A stretch of 64,000 nucleotides of DNA from Octopus vulgaris (taxonomy: Eukaryota), in the NCBI GenBank assembly GCA_951406725.2, contig OX597820.1, positions 89,094,001 through 89,158,000 of the forward strand, in the 5' to 3' direction. The first letter of the stretch is position 1, and each line of letters begins with the position of its first letter. This document shows positions 63,772 to 64,000 of the stretch, piece by piece. The translations under genes and the position numbers were made by a program. The notes below the pieces were generated by a model. The model was not told the DNA's origin. It saw only the letters and a list, made by a program, of their open reading frames with translations, and did no database searches.

Positions 63772-64000
63772 TACTCTTTTACTCTTTTACTTGTTTCAAT
63801 CATTTGACTGCGGCCATGCTGGAGCACCGCCTTTAGTCGTGCAAATCGATACTGGGACTTATTCTTCGTAAGCCTAGTATTTATTCTATCGGTCTCTTTT
63901 ACCGAACCGCAAAGTTACGGGGGATTTAAACACACCAGCATCGGTTGTCAAGCAATGCTAGGGGGACAAACACAGACTCGCAAACATACACACACAAATA
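63772..64000 (-). mobile_element. SINE family A, cut by the window end
   Basis: Tail and core are present; the head lies outside the window. Confidence 0.85.

Overview
This is AT-rich, repeat-dense animal genomic DNA. The SINE, LINE and microsatellite content looks like a cephalopod (octopus-type) genome; that is an inference from repeat recognition, not a search. Almost all ORFs in the track are artefacts of microsatellites and SINEs. The only confident host coding segment is a minus-strand first coding exon of a divergent SLC5/sodium:solute symporter (12869-13225). The rest consists of at least three tRNA-derived SINE families, decayed non-LTR retrotransposons (RTE, CR1-like, L1/Tx1-like, R4/Dong-like, Penelope-like), mariner relics, piggyBac-, hAT- and Tc1-type MITEs, and simple repeats. 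The most notable structure is a cluster of type I hammerhead ribozyme motifs at about 52-59.3 kb. It includes a young 1.5 kb array (55723-57233) of a 546-bp highly structured monomer with one hammerhead per monomer, arranged as permuted tandem copies joined head-to-head inside (TA)n, which resembles a retrozyme or Penelope pseudo-LTR. It also includes a hammerhead enclosed by a 71-bp perfect inverted repeat and a tandem pair of minimal hammerheads. CpG density rises abruptly at about 46.2 kb. Repeat boundaries are approximate unless stated otherwise.
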